Of a stretch of 64,000 nucleotides of DNA, positions 1 through 13,200 are shown in pieces (position 1 is the first letter of the stretch; each line of letters opens with the position of its first letter). The position numbers were made by a program, and so were the translations under genes. The stretch covers positions 1,550,001 through 1,614,000 of the forward strand of contig OZ237735.1 of the NCBI GenBank assembly GCA_965178125.1. The letters run 5' to 3'. The DNA comes from Bilabrum cf. latius (Eukaryota). The notes beneath the pieces are model-generated. The model did not search any database. It was not told the DNA's origin and saw nothing but the letters and a program-made list of their open reading frames with translations.

Positions 1-1844
1 CCTTCAGGTGATCGTGGCTGTGAATCAGCCGCTGGAGAAGCACGATCCTCTCGTAGTGGGCCTCGGCGGCCTCGTCAGGGTCCACGGGCTTGGAGGTCTG
101 GTCGTCGATGGGGAATCCCAGGTAGTAGTCAAGCAGGGCAGCCAGCTGCGCGGTCAAGCGACCGCGATCCGAACGCACGAACTGGCTGCCGCGGACTGCT
201 AGCAACAGCCTCGAGTCGTCGAGCAACAGCCTCGAGAAGCGACGGGTGGGGTACTGCGACAGGAGGTCCACAAACAGCTCCATCAGGCGCTCCAATAGCC
301 TGCAAAGGCCTACGTGCGGGGCAACTGCCGCGTCCTACGGGCGCTTTTCCTCATCTTCCACCGGTCCACTCGAGCTGCTGCTTTGCATGGGAATCGCCTG
401 GCGCGCTCTATCGATCTGAGTGTCGCACTCGCGAACCGCGAGCACCGCCAGCCGAACTAGCGCAGCAAGCAGCCTCTCGGCATACCAAGGCTTTGCTGCC
501 GCCAGCAAAGCAGCAGTGTCCCCTGCCCCCTCCTTTAAAGACGCGGAAGACCCTTTCGTGTTGCCAGGAGCGCCGGCATCCGGCTCGGTCCTGGACCGCT
601 TCGCAGCTGGCCCCGTCCCATCACTTGCACCTGCAGCAGCATCACTGCTTGCAGCTGGGCGGTACAGGGCCGGGGGCGCGCTCGATAGCGACCTGGTCGC
701 CCTTCTGGCCACGATTTTCTGCCAGAATCCTTTGAGGCCTGGGTGCCTCCTGAGTTCCCTGCTGACCGCGCCTGGGGTAACGCAGCCCCACGTCGGCAGA
801 GACACGAGCTGCATCACGTTCTTTCGCACTGTCGGGTGCTCGAGGCTCTGAAAGCACCGGATAATCGTGCTGATGAGAAGCTGGGACTCAGGATAGGTGA
901 GGGCTTCACCGGGACGCCGTGACGGCACCAGGTCATCGGGTGGGCTGTACCCTGCATCGGCCGAGCCTCCTGCACTCCCGTTGCTGCTGCTACTCTTCCC
1001 TCGCTTCGTCCTCGATTCGGCGGCCTGGGCTCCGTCAGAACCCACGCCAACGATAGAGGCTCCCGCAGGACCACTTCCTGTCCCGCTGGAGGCAGTACCG
1101 GCGCCTGCCGCAGCCGCAGCTGCAGCGACGTCCGTCGACTGAGTCTGCTCGTGCATGAATGCGTCTCCCATTGCAGCCTCCCCGTCGTCGTCATCCGGAA
1201 CGTCCTCGACACCTTCATCACTACTAGCCATATTTGCACTTGATGGTACCCCTCCGATGCGCGAAGTCTGCTCGCCGGTCCAAGGAAGCGCGAATTCGAG
1301 TAGCGACGACTGCAACCTGGCGATGAAACCAGCAATGCGCTTCTCGGCTGACGCACCTGACCCGAATCCCTGCCACATATCGGCATTTTCGCGGCCTTTT
1401 TCGTTTATAATAGCACACATGAGTAGAACATGCTCCAAACTGGACGCTTGGACATCAAAATGCGGTGCTAGCAGCTGCTCTAAGGCCCCACTCAGCTCCA
1501 GCAACTTTATGCCCCTTGAGTTCAGGGGTCGAGAGGCACCACCACCAACATAGTTGTAATACAAGTCAAGTATCAATCGGCTTATGACAGAAGTACCTAG
1601 GTTCGATGTACCGTTTGCCTGCGCAGTGGTGCCAAGCGATATGAGTACGAAAACACGAATAGGCTGGTGTACAGGGAGGCAATTCGGTGAGTGAACCAGT
1701 GAAAACTCTTACAGATGCCCAAGTTGCGCTAGCAACCCCCGTAATTGGATCTGACAGCACTGTTTCTGCTGTAAGTGGAGCATAGTGTGGCCTTGTTGAT
1801 CGATCCGTGCGCGGTCTGGAGCGCTTGCTTCCAGCCCTTGACAT
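1..1844 (-). CDS. AQR: Intron-binding spliceosomal helicase Aquarius, N-terminal part (runs off the window start)
   Basis: ATG at 1844; GT-AG intron 1712-1619 joins exon 1 in frame to the 335..1576 ORF. Motifs LLELSGALEQLLAPHF, INEK, CFQSLE..VRK.V..LVSLP.W. After the in-frame TAG at 335-337 the frame continues with LERLMELFVDLLSQYPTRRF, matching the Aquarius N-terminal domain. Confidence 0.85.
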
Positions 1845-2036
1845 TTTACTCGCAATGACGAGGAGCAAAGTATATTAAGTAAGAATTGCGACCTGTGAAA
1901 TGACTACAGTCTGCTTCTCGGTGGTTTTGGGAGGTAATTATCAGCAACTCAATTTTGAGGCATATTATCGTCACGATCGGAGCATTAGGGAATCCAGGAG
2001 ACCGCAACATCCACGCATCATTGCGCTGCTACAACG

Positions 2037-5000
2037 ATGGCGGCAGCAAGTGGCAGTTCCACAGAGGCTTCAGCTTCTAAGTCTGCTGAAGAGGCAGTTC
2101 AGTCGCTACCTCAGGGTATTGATGACTTCGTATTTGCCTTGAAGGATAGGTTCGGGTTCCCAGCCGCAGAGACCGAGGTTCTCGAGTATTGGCAGAACAC
2201 CGACGCTTTCAAGCAGCAACTTGAGCTCACAAAGGACTGCCCAGAGTTTACATTCTACGATGGACCGCCATTTGCTACCGGTGAGTCGAGTGTGGAATAC
2301 TCCCAAGATTCCGATGAACATGCCACCTTTCTTGCGCGTCCCAGAGTTCTCGTTTAGCCTCATTGAAGCATGATCGAGCAGTCTCTCAGCCCTACTGCTG
2401 TATTTCGACCCGCAGGCACTCCGCATTACGGTCATATCCTTGCCGGTACGATCAAGGACGTTGTCACTCGGTATGCCACGCTCAAGGGCAGGTACGTGAA
2501 GCGTCGGGCCGGTTGGGACACGCACGGCCTCCCGATCGAGTTCGAAATCGACAAATAGTACGACATCAAGAGCAAGGCCGACGTTATGGCGCTCCCCGGC
2601 GGGATCGCTGAGTACAACCGCAGGTGCCGCGCCATTGTGATGCGGTACACGGCCGAGTGGGAGAGCACCGTGGGCAGGCTCGGGCGGTGGATCGACTTCC
2701 GCGACGACTACAAGACCATGGACCCTACCTTCATGGAGAGCGTCTGGTGGGTGTTTAAGCGACTCTTCGACAAGGGCCTCGTGTACAGGGGCTTCAAGGT
2801 GATGCCCTACTCCACGGGGTGCACCACCCCCCTGTCCAATTTCGAGTCTGGGCTCAACTACAAGGACGACATCGCCGACCCGGCGGTGGTGGCTGCTTTC
2901 CCCATGACAGGCACCAGGCACGAATCAGCCACCGGACCCATGCCCGAGTTCCCCGGAGGAGGTCCGAAGGGGGTGGAGCTTGTGGCTTGGACGACCACGC
3001 CGTGGACTCTTCCGTCCAACCTGGGGCTGTGCGTGCACCCCGAGATGGAGTACGTTCTCATCCGGGACATCAAGACGGGCACTCGCCGCATTCTCATGAA
3101 GGCAAGGCTCGAGCAGCTGTACCACGGCCTCAAGAAGGCCAAGAAGTACAAGGGAGGGGAGTTCGAGGAGCTGGCGTCATACAGTGGCAAGCAGCTCGCA
3201 GGGCTGCAGTATGAGCCCCTCTTCGACTACTTCGTCAAGGACCCCCGCGTGGCCGGGCAGGGATGGCGCGTCCTCGTTGATGAGTACGTCACGGATGACT
3301 CGGGTACGGGTGTTGTGCACCAAGCCCCTGCCTTTGGTGAGGACGATTTCCGAGTGTGCCTCGGGCACGGCGTGATCAAGAAGGACGGCGGGGTGCCTTG
3401 TCCCCTGGACGACAAGGGTGCCTTCTCGAACGAAGTGCCCGACTTCGAGGGCATGTACATCAAGGATGCAGACCGCGAGATCATCAAGAACGTCAAGGCG
3501 AGGGGGCGCCTGGTTCAGAACGAATCCATCAAGCATAGGTATCCCTACTGCTGGAGGTCCGACACGCCGCTCATCTACAGGACCGTGCCCTCCTGGTTCG
3601 TCAGGGTCGAGAGCATCAAGCACATCCAGCGGGAGGCGGGAGATGCCCACATCAGGCCGGCCGACCTTGATATCGCTGATGCCGTGCGTGCCGCGCACGC
3701 CGGGGAATCGTTCGACCCAAGGGCCGCCGCGGCCGCGGGTGGTAGCGGTGGCGGAGCCAGCAGCTAGCCCGCAGCATCCGGTGCTGGTGCCGACACCATC
3801 TCTGAGGACGACGTCGGCCTGCTGGCCAACAACGCGAGGACGCACTGGGTGCCCGAGCACATCCGGGACGGCCGCTTCCACAACTGGCTCAAACAGGCCA
3901 GGGACTGGGCCGTGAGCCGCAACAGGTACTGGGGCACGCCCTTGCCCATCTGGTCCTCGGAAGACGGCAAGGAGATCGTGTGCGTGGGGTCCATCGACGA
4001 GCTGGAGAAGCTGTCTGGCGTGCGAGTGACGGACCTGCATCGCGACACTGTCGACAAGATCACCATCCCATCCAGAGAAGGCAACGGCGACCTCAAGCGG
4101 GTGGAGGAGGTATTCGACTGCTGGTTCGAGTCGGGGTCCATGCCCTACGCCCAGGTGCACCACCCCTTTGAAGGCGAGGAGGAGGAGCAAAAGTTCCTGC
4201 GCGATCGATTCCCGGCTGACTTCATCGCTGAGGGCATCGACCAGACCCGGGGCTGGTTCTACACGCTCATGGTGCTCTCGACGGCCCTGTACCACCGGCC
4301 CGCGTTCAAGAACGTGGTCGTGAACGGCTTGGTCATGGCAGAGGACGGCAAGAAGATGAGCAAGCGACTGAAGAACTACCCCGCACCCGAGCTGGTGCTG
4401 GACGAGTTCGGAGCCGACGCCCTCCGGCTGTACCTGATCTCTAGCCCCGCCGTCCGCGGTGACGAGGTGAACTTCTCCAAGGCTGGCGTGCACGGTGTCA
4501 TCCGCGACGTGATGCTTCCTTGGTACAACGCCTTCAGGTTCTTCGCGCTGGGAGTGGCTCAGTACGAGGAGAACAAGGACGAGGGCGTGCCATCCTTCGG
4601 TCCCGACCTGGAGGTGGCCAAATCGTCTCGGAACATCCTTGACCGGTGGATCATGGCAACCATGCAGAGCCTCCTTCGTTTCGTTCGGTCCGAGATGGAG
4701 GAATACAAGCTCAACACCGTGGTGCCCCGCCTGCTGCAGACGGTCCAGCAGCTGACGAACTGGTACATCAAGCTCAACCGCGGCAGGCTGCACTCCAAGG
4801 AGGGTGCTGACGAGGCGCGCAAGTCCCTCGCGGTTATGTACGAGGTCCTGGCGCTGCTGAGCACGCTCATGGCTCCTTTCGCGCCCTTTTTCTCCGAGTG
4901 GAGCTACCTGCGTCTCAGGGCGCTCCATCCCCTGCAGGGCCAGCACGCCGACAAGCCCACAGAGTTCGGCGCTGCCCTGTCGGTGCACCACCTCCGCCTT

Positions 5001-6653
5001 CCCGCCTTCGACCAGTCGCTTATCGACACTCAGATCGAGAAGCGAGTCATCGTCATGCAGCGGATCATCGAGTCGGCCCGGTCCGTCAGGGAGCGGATCA
5101 AGACGAGCCAGCGGATCCCCGTGCAGTCAGTCACGATCGTGCACCCGAGCGCGGATCTGCTCGAGGGTGTGGAGGAGCTGGCCGAGTACATCAAGCAGGA
5201 GACCAACTGCTTCGAGATGCACCAGTCGCAGGACGTGCGCAGCGTCTGCGAGCTGTCCCTCAAGCCCGACGCGCGCAGGCTGGGCAAGCGGCTGGGCAAA
5301 GAGTTCGGCGCGGTGCGAGCTGCAATCTCCAAGGCCAACGCCGAGGAGGTGCTTGCTGAGCTGGACGCTGGCAAGACGGTTTCCATGGCCGACGTGCCAC
5401 TCAGCAAGGAAGACTTCGTGTTCGAGCGAGTCTTCAAGGGCGATACGACAAAGTATGAGGCGCAGATCACGCCAGTGTCTTTCGATGGAGTGGGCGGGTC
5501 GACAGGCGCATCGTCGGAGAGGGTGGCTGACCTCGTGGTCTACGTGAACAAGGAGCAGAGCGACGAGCTCTGGTCCATGGGCGTGGCCCGTGACATCGCA
5601 TCCAAGCTGCAGCAGCTGCGCAAGAAGGCCAAGCTCTTCCTCACCGACAACGTGCGGACCCTCGTCCGGGCGCGTCCTCGCACGGACGCGGAGCGCGCCA
5701 TCGTTGCCCTGCAGGAGGCACTGAGCCACAAGCCGGCGGCGGCCGCAGCGCCCGCGCCGGCACCTGCCAAGGGTAAGGGCAAGGGTAAGGGCAAGGAGCA
5801 GGGCGCAGCCAAGGGAGGCGCCGCTGCGAAGGGAGCGGCTGCCAAGGGCGGGGCCAAGAAGGAGGCCAAGGCCGAGAAGGCCCAGACTGACACGGAGAAA
5901 GCAGCAGCCAAGCCGAAGTCGGGTCAGAAGCAGAAGACGCCCAAGGCAGAGGTCGACCTCGAGAGCATCCCAGAGGACCAGCTGTCCAAGTCCCAGCGCA
6001 AGAGACTGGAGAAGTTGAGGAAGAAGGCAGGCAAGCGGGGCGACGCCAAGGCCAAGGCGGCCGCCTCTGGTGCCGGCGAGGAGGAGAAGCAATCGTGGAT
6101 GACCTCGCGGTCGCCTGCCGAAGGCGCCCAGTTTGTGATGGACTCGATCGGCACGAACGCGGCGCTTGTCGTCAAGCAGCTGCGCCAGATGGCCGTGCCA
6201 CTGTGCTCCGCCACGATGCCGGCTGCTGCCGGCGAGATCGCCCGCGATGTAGTGGCCCTCGAGGGCGACGTTGTGGCAGAGCTGGTTCTGACGAGAGAGA
6301 CCTGCTTTGCAGGCGACAGGCAGCTCCTGGTTGAGGCAGCCAAGGCTGCGGGGGCTTCCAGCGACGAGGCTGCGCAGAACGCCGCGTCTGCGGTTGAGGC
6401 GCTGATGCCCACTGTGCTTCGGTCAGACCTGTGCGCCATGGCTCCCGAGGAGGGCTCCCAGTTCGACCTGGTCGTAGATGCAGGGGACGGGAAGAAGAAG
6501 AGCGAGATGCTCACGCTGCGCCTGCAGAGGGGTAAGCACGCGTTCGCGTCGGATGCCGAGATGGTGCGCGGCTCAGCGGGAGCTCGGGCTGAGCTGGAGC
6601 AGGCGGGCTTCGGTCGTCTCGCTGCCGCGCTTGCCGAGTTCAAGGACCTTTGA
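2037..6653 (+). CDS. IARS1: Isoleucyl-tRNA synthetase, cytosolic type
   Basis: Intron 2281-2415 (gtgag..cgcag) gives [16 protein letters not shown]. Also [45 protein letters not shown] and KMSKR. In-frame TAG at 2556-2558 and 3765-3767; ends TGA. Confidence 0.97.
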
Positions 6654-6889
6654 GCCAGCAATTGGGGGAGCGCGTGAATTTTTGGTTTGTGTTTGTACAA
6701 GTGACGCGATCAATCATTTTCATGAGGCGGTGTACACGTTGGATCCTTTCTGGATACCTTGTTGACAAATCAAAATTCGAAATCCAAATTATGGATGAAA
6801 CGAGCGGAGCAAGCACAAAAGTACCCACTCTTACGGCCGGATCAGTCCCACAAGGTGAAAAATCACCTGGAGGTCTCGTTATAACCGGC

Positions 6890-9800
6890 TCAGTACGGCG
6901 TGTCGCCCATGAAATACGCAGAAAAGGTGCCTCCAGGCGCGCTGGTCTTGTTCGAGATAGTGTGGTCGCCGTCAAGGATATCGAGGCAGCCCACGACGTT
7001 GTTCACGAACAAGTGCGTGTCATCGCAGCTCTACACATTGACGAGCTCCTTCTGAACCCCGTTGAACCAGTTGTAGAAGCCGCCCCCCGCCATGACCACG
7101 CTCTTGCTGTTGGTGATGCTGATGCCCCACGCTGTGGGAGGTGCCTGCCAGTATGGCGACTCAGTTTGGGCACCCACGATCGTGACCCGGCTGCTGTCAC
7201 TGATGTTGAACTGATACAGGGACGAATGCTCGAAGGCAACGCCGTATAGCGTAAGCCCCGACACGCCATGCGCCAGCAGTCCTCGGGGACTGTCCACCGT
7301 GAGCTCGTCCCCCGAGTTGATGTCGTGGTCTGCCACCCAGCCCCACATGGAGGAGAGGTATCCTCCCGAAGAGGGCGTCACCTCAAGCAATGCCCAGGTC
7401 TTGGAGTACACGCGGTGGTACACGTCGTGCACGAACGACTCACCCTCCACGCCGGACCATTGGAAGATGATGCAACCAGGCACGTCACCGTTTGCCTCCG
7501 TGGTCAGCATCAAGTCCTGGATCGAGCCCTTGTATTGATCGGCCGTTGACAGCATAGGGACCGGGGCGTTGGCGTTCTTGAATGCAGGGGCCTTAGGATT
7601 GGCCAGCAGCACGGACTAGCCGTCACCGACGAGCGAGACACCAGATGGCACCTCGATCGTGTCGCTGAGGAGGTAGCGGCCGAATGGCACAAACACGATG
7701 TCGCTGCCACTCTTGAGCGCCTGTTGAAACGCGGCTGTGTCGTCGGCCTTGCCGTCTCCCTTCGCTCCGGCGTCCAGCACGTTGGCTACGGACCCGTCGA
7801 CAGCGGGTCGCGTGACGTAGGGAAGGGGAGCGTTGGCACGCGCAGGTTTGAAATCGCCTTGGAAGCCCTGCACTGCCTTTCCGTTCTCATAAAAGTACCC
7901 CTGTCGCCAAGCCCTCGTGAACGTCTAGCCGTTCGGGTTCCCTGCGAGACCGTTGGTGATGTTGGTGACGCGCGTGGTCGTGACCCGGTCAAGCAGTACC
8001 CCCGGGACCTTCGCTGGGAAAGCAGTCTAAACGGCAGTGCCAACGTCTGAGAAGGTACTGTCGATGACAGCGATGCTGGTGGCCCCGCCGATGAACTGCA
8101 CTCCAACGGCACAGCCACTGATGTTGGCCTGCTGCAGCACAGTGTACCAGTTCCAGATCAAGTTCAGGCAGGGGCCAGTGGTGTACTGGTTGCCCTGGAT
8201 GGTGAGACCCAGGATATGGTACTGCTGCGATCCAATCATGGCTGGAGTCTGGCCACCGATGATCTCTAGGCCGTCAATTTGGGTCGGCGACCCGTTTTCG
8301 ATGAAGATGCCCCGCCCGCTGCTGCCCGCATCAATAGTCACGTTGTGGATGTTGGAGCCCTGAGACACTGCCCAGTGGAGTCCTGTTGTGCTTGGACCGC
8401 CGCCCTCCAGACGCAGGACGATGTTCTGCAGCATGTGGTAGAAGTTGCCCGTGTGTTCCCCGGTGGGATCCATGGTGGCACTCATGGCGTAGGCGGGCGA
8501 GGCGCCGGACTAGAGGACGATCACTGGGCGGCACTTCCAAGAGCCATAGATCGCCGTGTCGAAGTACATCTCTAGCTGATCGGAGATGATGTACGTCCCG
8601 GGGGGAAAGTACACAGTGGCATGGTTCAATGTGGTGAACTTAGGCGACCTCCCCTCGGTGAGCGCCGCCTGGAGCGCTTTCGTGTCGTCGGTGCGCCCGT
8701 CTCCCTTGGCTCCATAGTCCTTCACGTTGCGCCAGCTCGACCCGTGCTTCTGGTTGTCGTACCAAGTGTCGCACTGGTCACCGACGGTCCCATCAGGAAG
8801 CCTCTCCCCGTCATCTCGTGCCACTCCAGCACCGGCGACTTCGCTCGCGACGTGCCTTGCCTCGGTCGGCTCGCTGACGGCCTCTGGGTCTCCCAGGATC
8901 GTGAATCGGACGTCTGCCGGTGCAGCATCTCTCGTACTCGGAGCTGTGGCATTCGGGGCGTAGTGGTCGCACGACTGCGAGCAGGGGAACCGCTTCTCCT
9001 GGACGCATTCCGCCACCAGGAAGGCGGGCACTTGGCCGTTCTTCTTCCACCAGCTGACGAGGGAGTCCTTGTAAGTGTACCCCTGCACCTTCAGCTTGTC
9101 GTGCACAAGATCGATGTCGCCGCAGTGATCGAAGCAAGACGGCATCCACAGAGCGTCCTTCTTCCCCCCCGCGATGGCCGGCTGCACCTGCTGGATCGAT
9201 GCGAGCATGGTGCCCTGGAAGTACTCGATGAACTCGAACACCAGCTTCTTCACGGCGGGGTCCTTGGGATCCTACGGGGCAAAAAGCTCTCCGTACACCT
9301 GCTGGCTGTCCGCCGCATTTTCTCCTATGTGCACGTCGGACTTGATGTACTGGTACGCAGTGTCGAGAGAGAAGCAGTAGAAGGAATCCACGCCGTGCTC
9401 GGCCTGGCACTCGGCAGAGATGGAGTGCCTGCTGTCCCACAGAGTGCTGATCTTGGGGTTGTAGGGCGGCAAGAACTTGCCCTCCTTCCAGGCGTCAAAG
9501 ACGGTCACGTTGGGGAAGAACCAGCCGGCCTGCGGTGCGCCGCGCACGATGCTGTCAGGAAGCTCGCCCGCGAGGAAGTCCACCGAGTGAAACGCGCCGA
9601 TCGCGCCCGCAGAGCATCCACTCAGGAGCGTGCTAGTAGCCTCGTTCAATCCATGGGAAGACTTCAGATCTTGCAGAATCGTTGCGAAGTTTGGTCGCCC
9701 AGAAAAGTATAGCCCCCACGTCTCATTCGTAGGGGCAGTCCGGCCACCGAGATGTACATCGCCGGTGCAGTATGGAACAAACACGCGATTCGAGTTACAC

Positions 9801-10099
9801 CACAAAGGGTTCACGCTGCAGTCAGAGCTGAGCACGTTGTCAGGTAGGTCTCCGCTCGCAGCCCAATTCTTGGAAGATCCTAGGTCAGTTTTCGCCCGCG
9901 CCTTGCAGTCTGCTTCGGTCTAACACGCACCACCACCCTCCATAAAAATTACCCACGATGACTTCTCGCCGCTCGGCGCCGCATCAAAGTAGTATCCGGC
10001 TGGAGAGCCGTCAAGACAACGCGTGGGTGACAGAAGCTTCAACGACAGATCACGGGCCGCCAGAGCTGTGCCCAAGGACACAAGATGCAAAAGCTTCAT
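6890..10099 (-). CDS. Secreted 1069-aa fusion: pectin-acetylesterase/Notum-like esterase plus GH55-like (pectate_lyase_3) double beta-helix
   Basis: One frame from ATG 10099 to TGA 6890 when 7 TAGs (9920, 9272, 8510, 8027, 7925, 7616, 7031) are read through. Hydrophobic N-terminus; CLDGSPAGYY, FMEGGGAC, VPYCTGDVHLG, GCSAGA; then RNVKDYGAKGDGRTDDT..VYFPPGTY, a second GAKGDGKADDT, and WGWVADHD. Confidence 0.85.
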
Positions 10100-10256
10100 G
10101 AATAATGCAACGATTTAAACCCTTCAAGAATAAATACCCAGCAATCTCGCTTTGTTGGGGTCGTCCTTGCTTCCAAGTGAAGTTTGTAGGCGACGTGTGC
10201 ATCGGGTTCGGTTCGCCACGAAGGTTCGTTGCGTGAGGGAACGCGCGGCAATTTGA

Positions 10257-13200
10257 TTATTCACCCTAGTGGAGCATGCCAACTCCTGCCAGCGATTCGT
10301 CCAGCATCCCAACCGCCATCAGAGACCGCTCTACAACGTCATCCACTGCGGGTGCTACCGCCCCGCCGTGCCGAGCCTCCCCCTGGAGGAATTCGTCCCT
10401 GCCGCCGCCCTGCCCCTGCACCACCCACCGCGGCCCTCTCCCGCCCTCGAGCCCATCAAGCAGGGACTCATCCACAGACCGGCCGGCAGCGTCTCTTTCC
10501 TGTTCGTATGGACGGCGCTAACCCCTACCCCGGCCCTACTAATCCCGATCCCGACCCTGATCCAAGCCCAAGGCATGGCCCGCATCCCAAGGAAATGGTG
10601 CAAATCGATCGCGGTCGTGCGAGCCTGCCGCGAGCCCGGCCCCCTTTCCCACGGATCGTTCCTCGTCACCGGAGGCGCCCACTGCTCCCGCCCCCTCGCC
10701 CACAGCTCCTAGGATGCGCTCTTCCGCCCTGGCAAATAGGGCAGCGTCAGCCGCGCTCTCGTTCAGCAAGCGCTTGCCCACTGGGGACCGCCGAATGGCT
10801 GCGTCCAGACCCGCCTGCTGACCGGAGTCCGATGTGCCGCTCTGCAGGCGTTGCTTCCTGGCGTTGCTTTCTCGCCTGCTCCGTGGGAAGCGGCGCTCGG
10901 GTAGCGGAGAGGCCGCCGCTGGGCCGATCGAGGCATCTAGGCCCCATGCACCGCTTTGCGATCCGGCCTTTGAATTTCGGGTGCGTATGGCAGCCGGGCC
11001 AGAAGCTCCCTCGATGCTGGCATCTGGTCGGCTGGCCGCGTGCATTTTGTCTGGAGAGTCAGCCACCATCGTGATTTCTCCTTGCAGGATGCCGGCCTGC
11101 TGATCCTACCTCGATGGATCTGCGCCTGGCGATGGAGACGATGCATTGGCCGTGCCTGACTGTCCTGCGAAGTTGTTCGAGCTTTCGTCCTCTACGTCTC
11201 GGGTCGTCTCTCGGCTGCCCTCTGCGATGGTTTGGTCCTAAATCCTCCTCTTCCAGCTCGAGCCGAGCGCGGGCATGGCCACTGCCGCGCTCGGTCTGCC
11301 TGCGCGGTGCTTTGGAATCGCTGGTCGGCCAGCGCTCCGGCCACTCTTGCCGCTCTCAGTGGCAGTGGCGTCCATGATGTCCCCCCAAGACTTGACGCTC
11401 GAGTGGTCTGGGTCTGGGCCGGTTGCACGGCGGTCCATCTCACGGGGTCTTGTTGTCGATTCAGAAATACCTCGTGCAGCATGCCCGTTTGCTGAAGCGT
11501 CACGCGGAGGAGCTTTCCTCCTCGGCTGCTGGTCCGGGGCGGCGGACCGTGGCTGCTGCCTGTGCGCGTTGCGCAACGTTCCCACCAGTCCTTTTACAGC
11601 AGCCGTCCTGTCTTGCTGCATCGAGTCGTCCATATTCGCGGCTGTGCCCACCGCAAAACTGTCTTCTAGCTCGGCGGGCGCTCGCCCGTCCTCGACCTGC
11701 CGAAGCAGGAACGCCCTGATGCGCTGGTCTCGCTTCCGCCACTACTCATCTCTCTTCGACTGGGCCTCGGCCTCCCTGCGCTTCTACTCCTCCAGAAGCT
11801 GCTGCTTGCGTGTGCGTGCTCGCTCGATGGCTCGCTTCCGAGCCAGTTCTACAAGTGTCTTTTCGTCTACGTTCTCCCTTGGTTGCAACGTCGACTCGCC
11901 TAGCCCCCTCTGCCGCGGATCTCCGGCTGGGCTGCCGTGGCTTTCTCTCGGTGGCTGGCGGCTCGATGGGACACTTCCTGGCTAGCCATCAGCGGGGGTG
12001 TAGACCTCCGATGGGCTGGGGGCGATTGTACCTCGGCTACTGCGGCGCTTGCTGCCAGTAGCTGTCCGCCTTCTCGCCTCGTTCTTGGGCTTTTCGATCT
12101 CGTCGAGCTGGGCCGTCGTGTCGAGACCGAGCAGCATCGCCTTCTCCTTGCGTAGCGGGTCCGACGAGCGGGTTTCCGTTGCAGGTGATTCCAGCTCCTG
12201 TTGCCTCTGGCTGATGTCTGTGCGGTGACCCGCCGCCCGACCTGGCGCTCCACTCGCAGACCTCTGGGCGTGCATGCCAACGAGAAGCTCGGAGGCCGGA
12301 GGGAGCGGCCTCGGCTGCTGCCTGCGCCTTCGCGCGGGAGCAGCAGCCGCGCCAGCGCCCGACCTGCACGAACCGCGGTCTTGAAGGCCCTATTGACTTG
12401 CAAGCTGCGTCTGCTTCTCTATCTTCTGCTGCTTTTGGTGCTCTGCAGCAGCCTGTTGCTTGGCCTGTCGAACCATTGCACGGGCCTTGGCCGCCCGCTG
12501 CTAGGCGGCCTCTCGCCTGCTCTCCTCTTGCAGCCGCCTGCGGACGTCGATCAGGTTCGTGGACTCCTGCTCGGCCCGGAGCTTCTTCTCCTTCTCGGCA
12601 CGGGCGCGTTCCGCTGCTCGTTTCCGGGCTCGTCTGCGAGCCTCGGCAGGATCGACCTACGGAATCGACGGCGGATGAGCATGCGGGATCTCTGCATCGT
12701 CTGCCTGTTGCTGTGTCCGAGCAGATGCAGGGCGCTGATGTAACGCATCTCTCTATGGCTACTCTCCTGCCGAGCGAGCAGCACGATTTGGTCCCTGTGT
12801 ACCTCCGAAGTCGTGATCCTCTCGTCGCTCTTCGTGGGTGCCGTAGCCCCACCTGCCTTCGCGATCAAACCCTCGGCTGTTGCCCAACTCGCCATGTGAC
12901 TCTCCCCGGCCACTACTGCCGCTTCGTCGATCATACCCTCGGCTGTTGCCCAACACGCCATGTGACTCTCCCTGGCCACCACTGCTGCTCGGTCGATCCT
13001 AGTGCATCTATCTTGATGGGGGTAACAAACTGCTCTCGTGAATGTTGTGCGATTGTCTGTCTTTCCGACCGGATGCCGGGCGCATCGTGCCGTGCTCAGC
13101 TTCGGCATCCCAGCCCTCCTTAGCCTCGGGCTGCTGCTTGTTTTCGGTGATGCCCTTGAAATCTGCACCATCATCGTCATCGGCACCAGCGATGGGAAGC

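Noticed and set aside
3177-4991. 604-aa minus-strand ORF and similar long antisense ORFs (8621-9712, 49911-51011, 53885-54739)
   Set aside because: These are shadow frames of strongly GC3-biased genes on the opposite strand and have no motifs.
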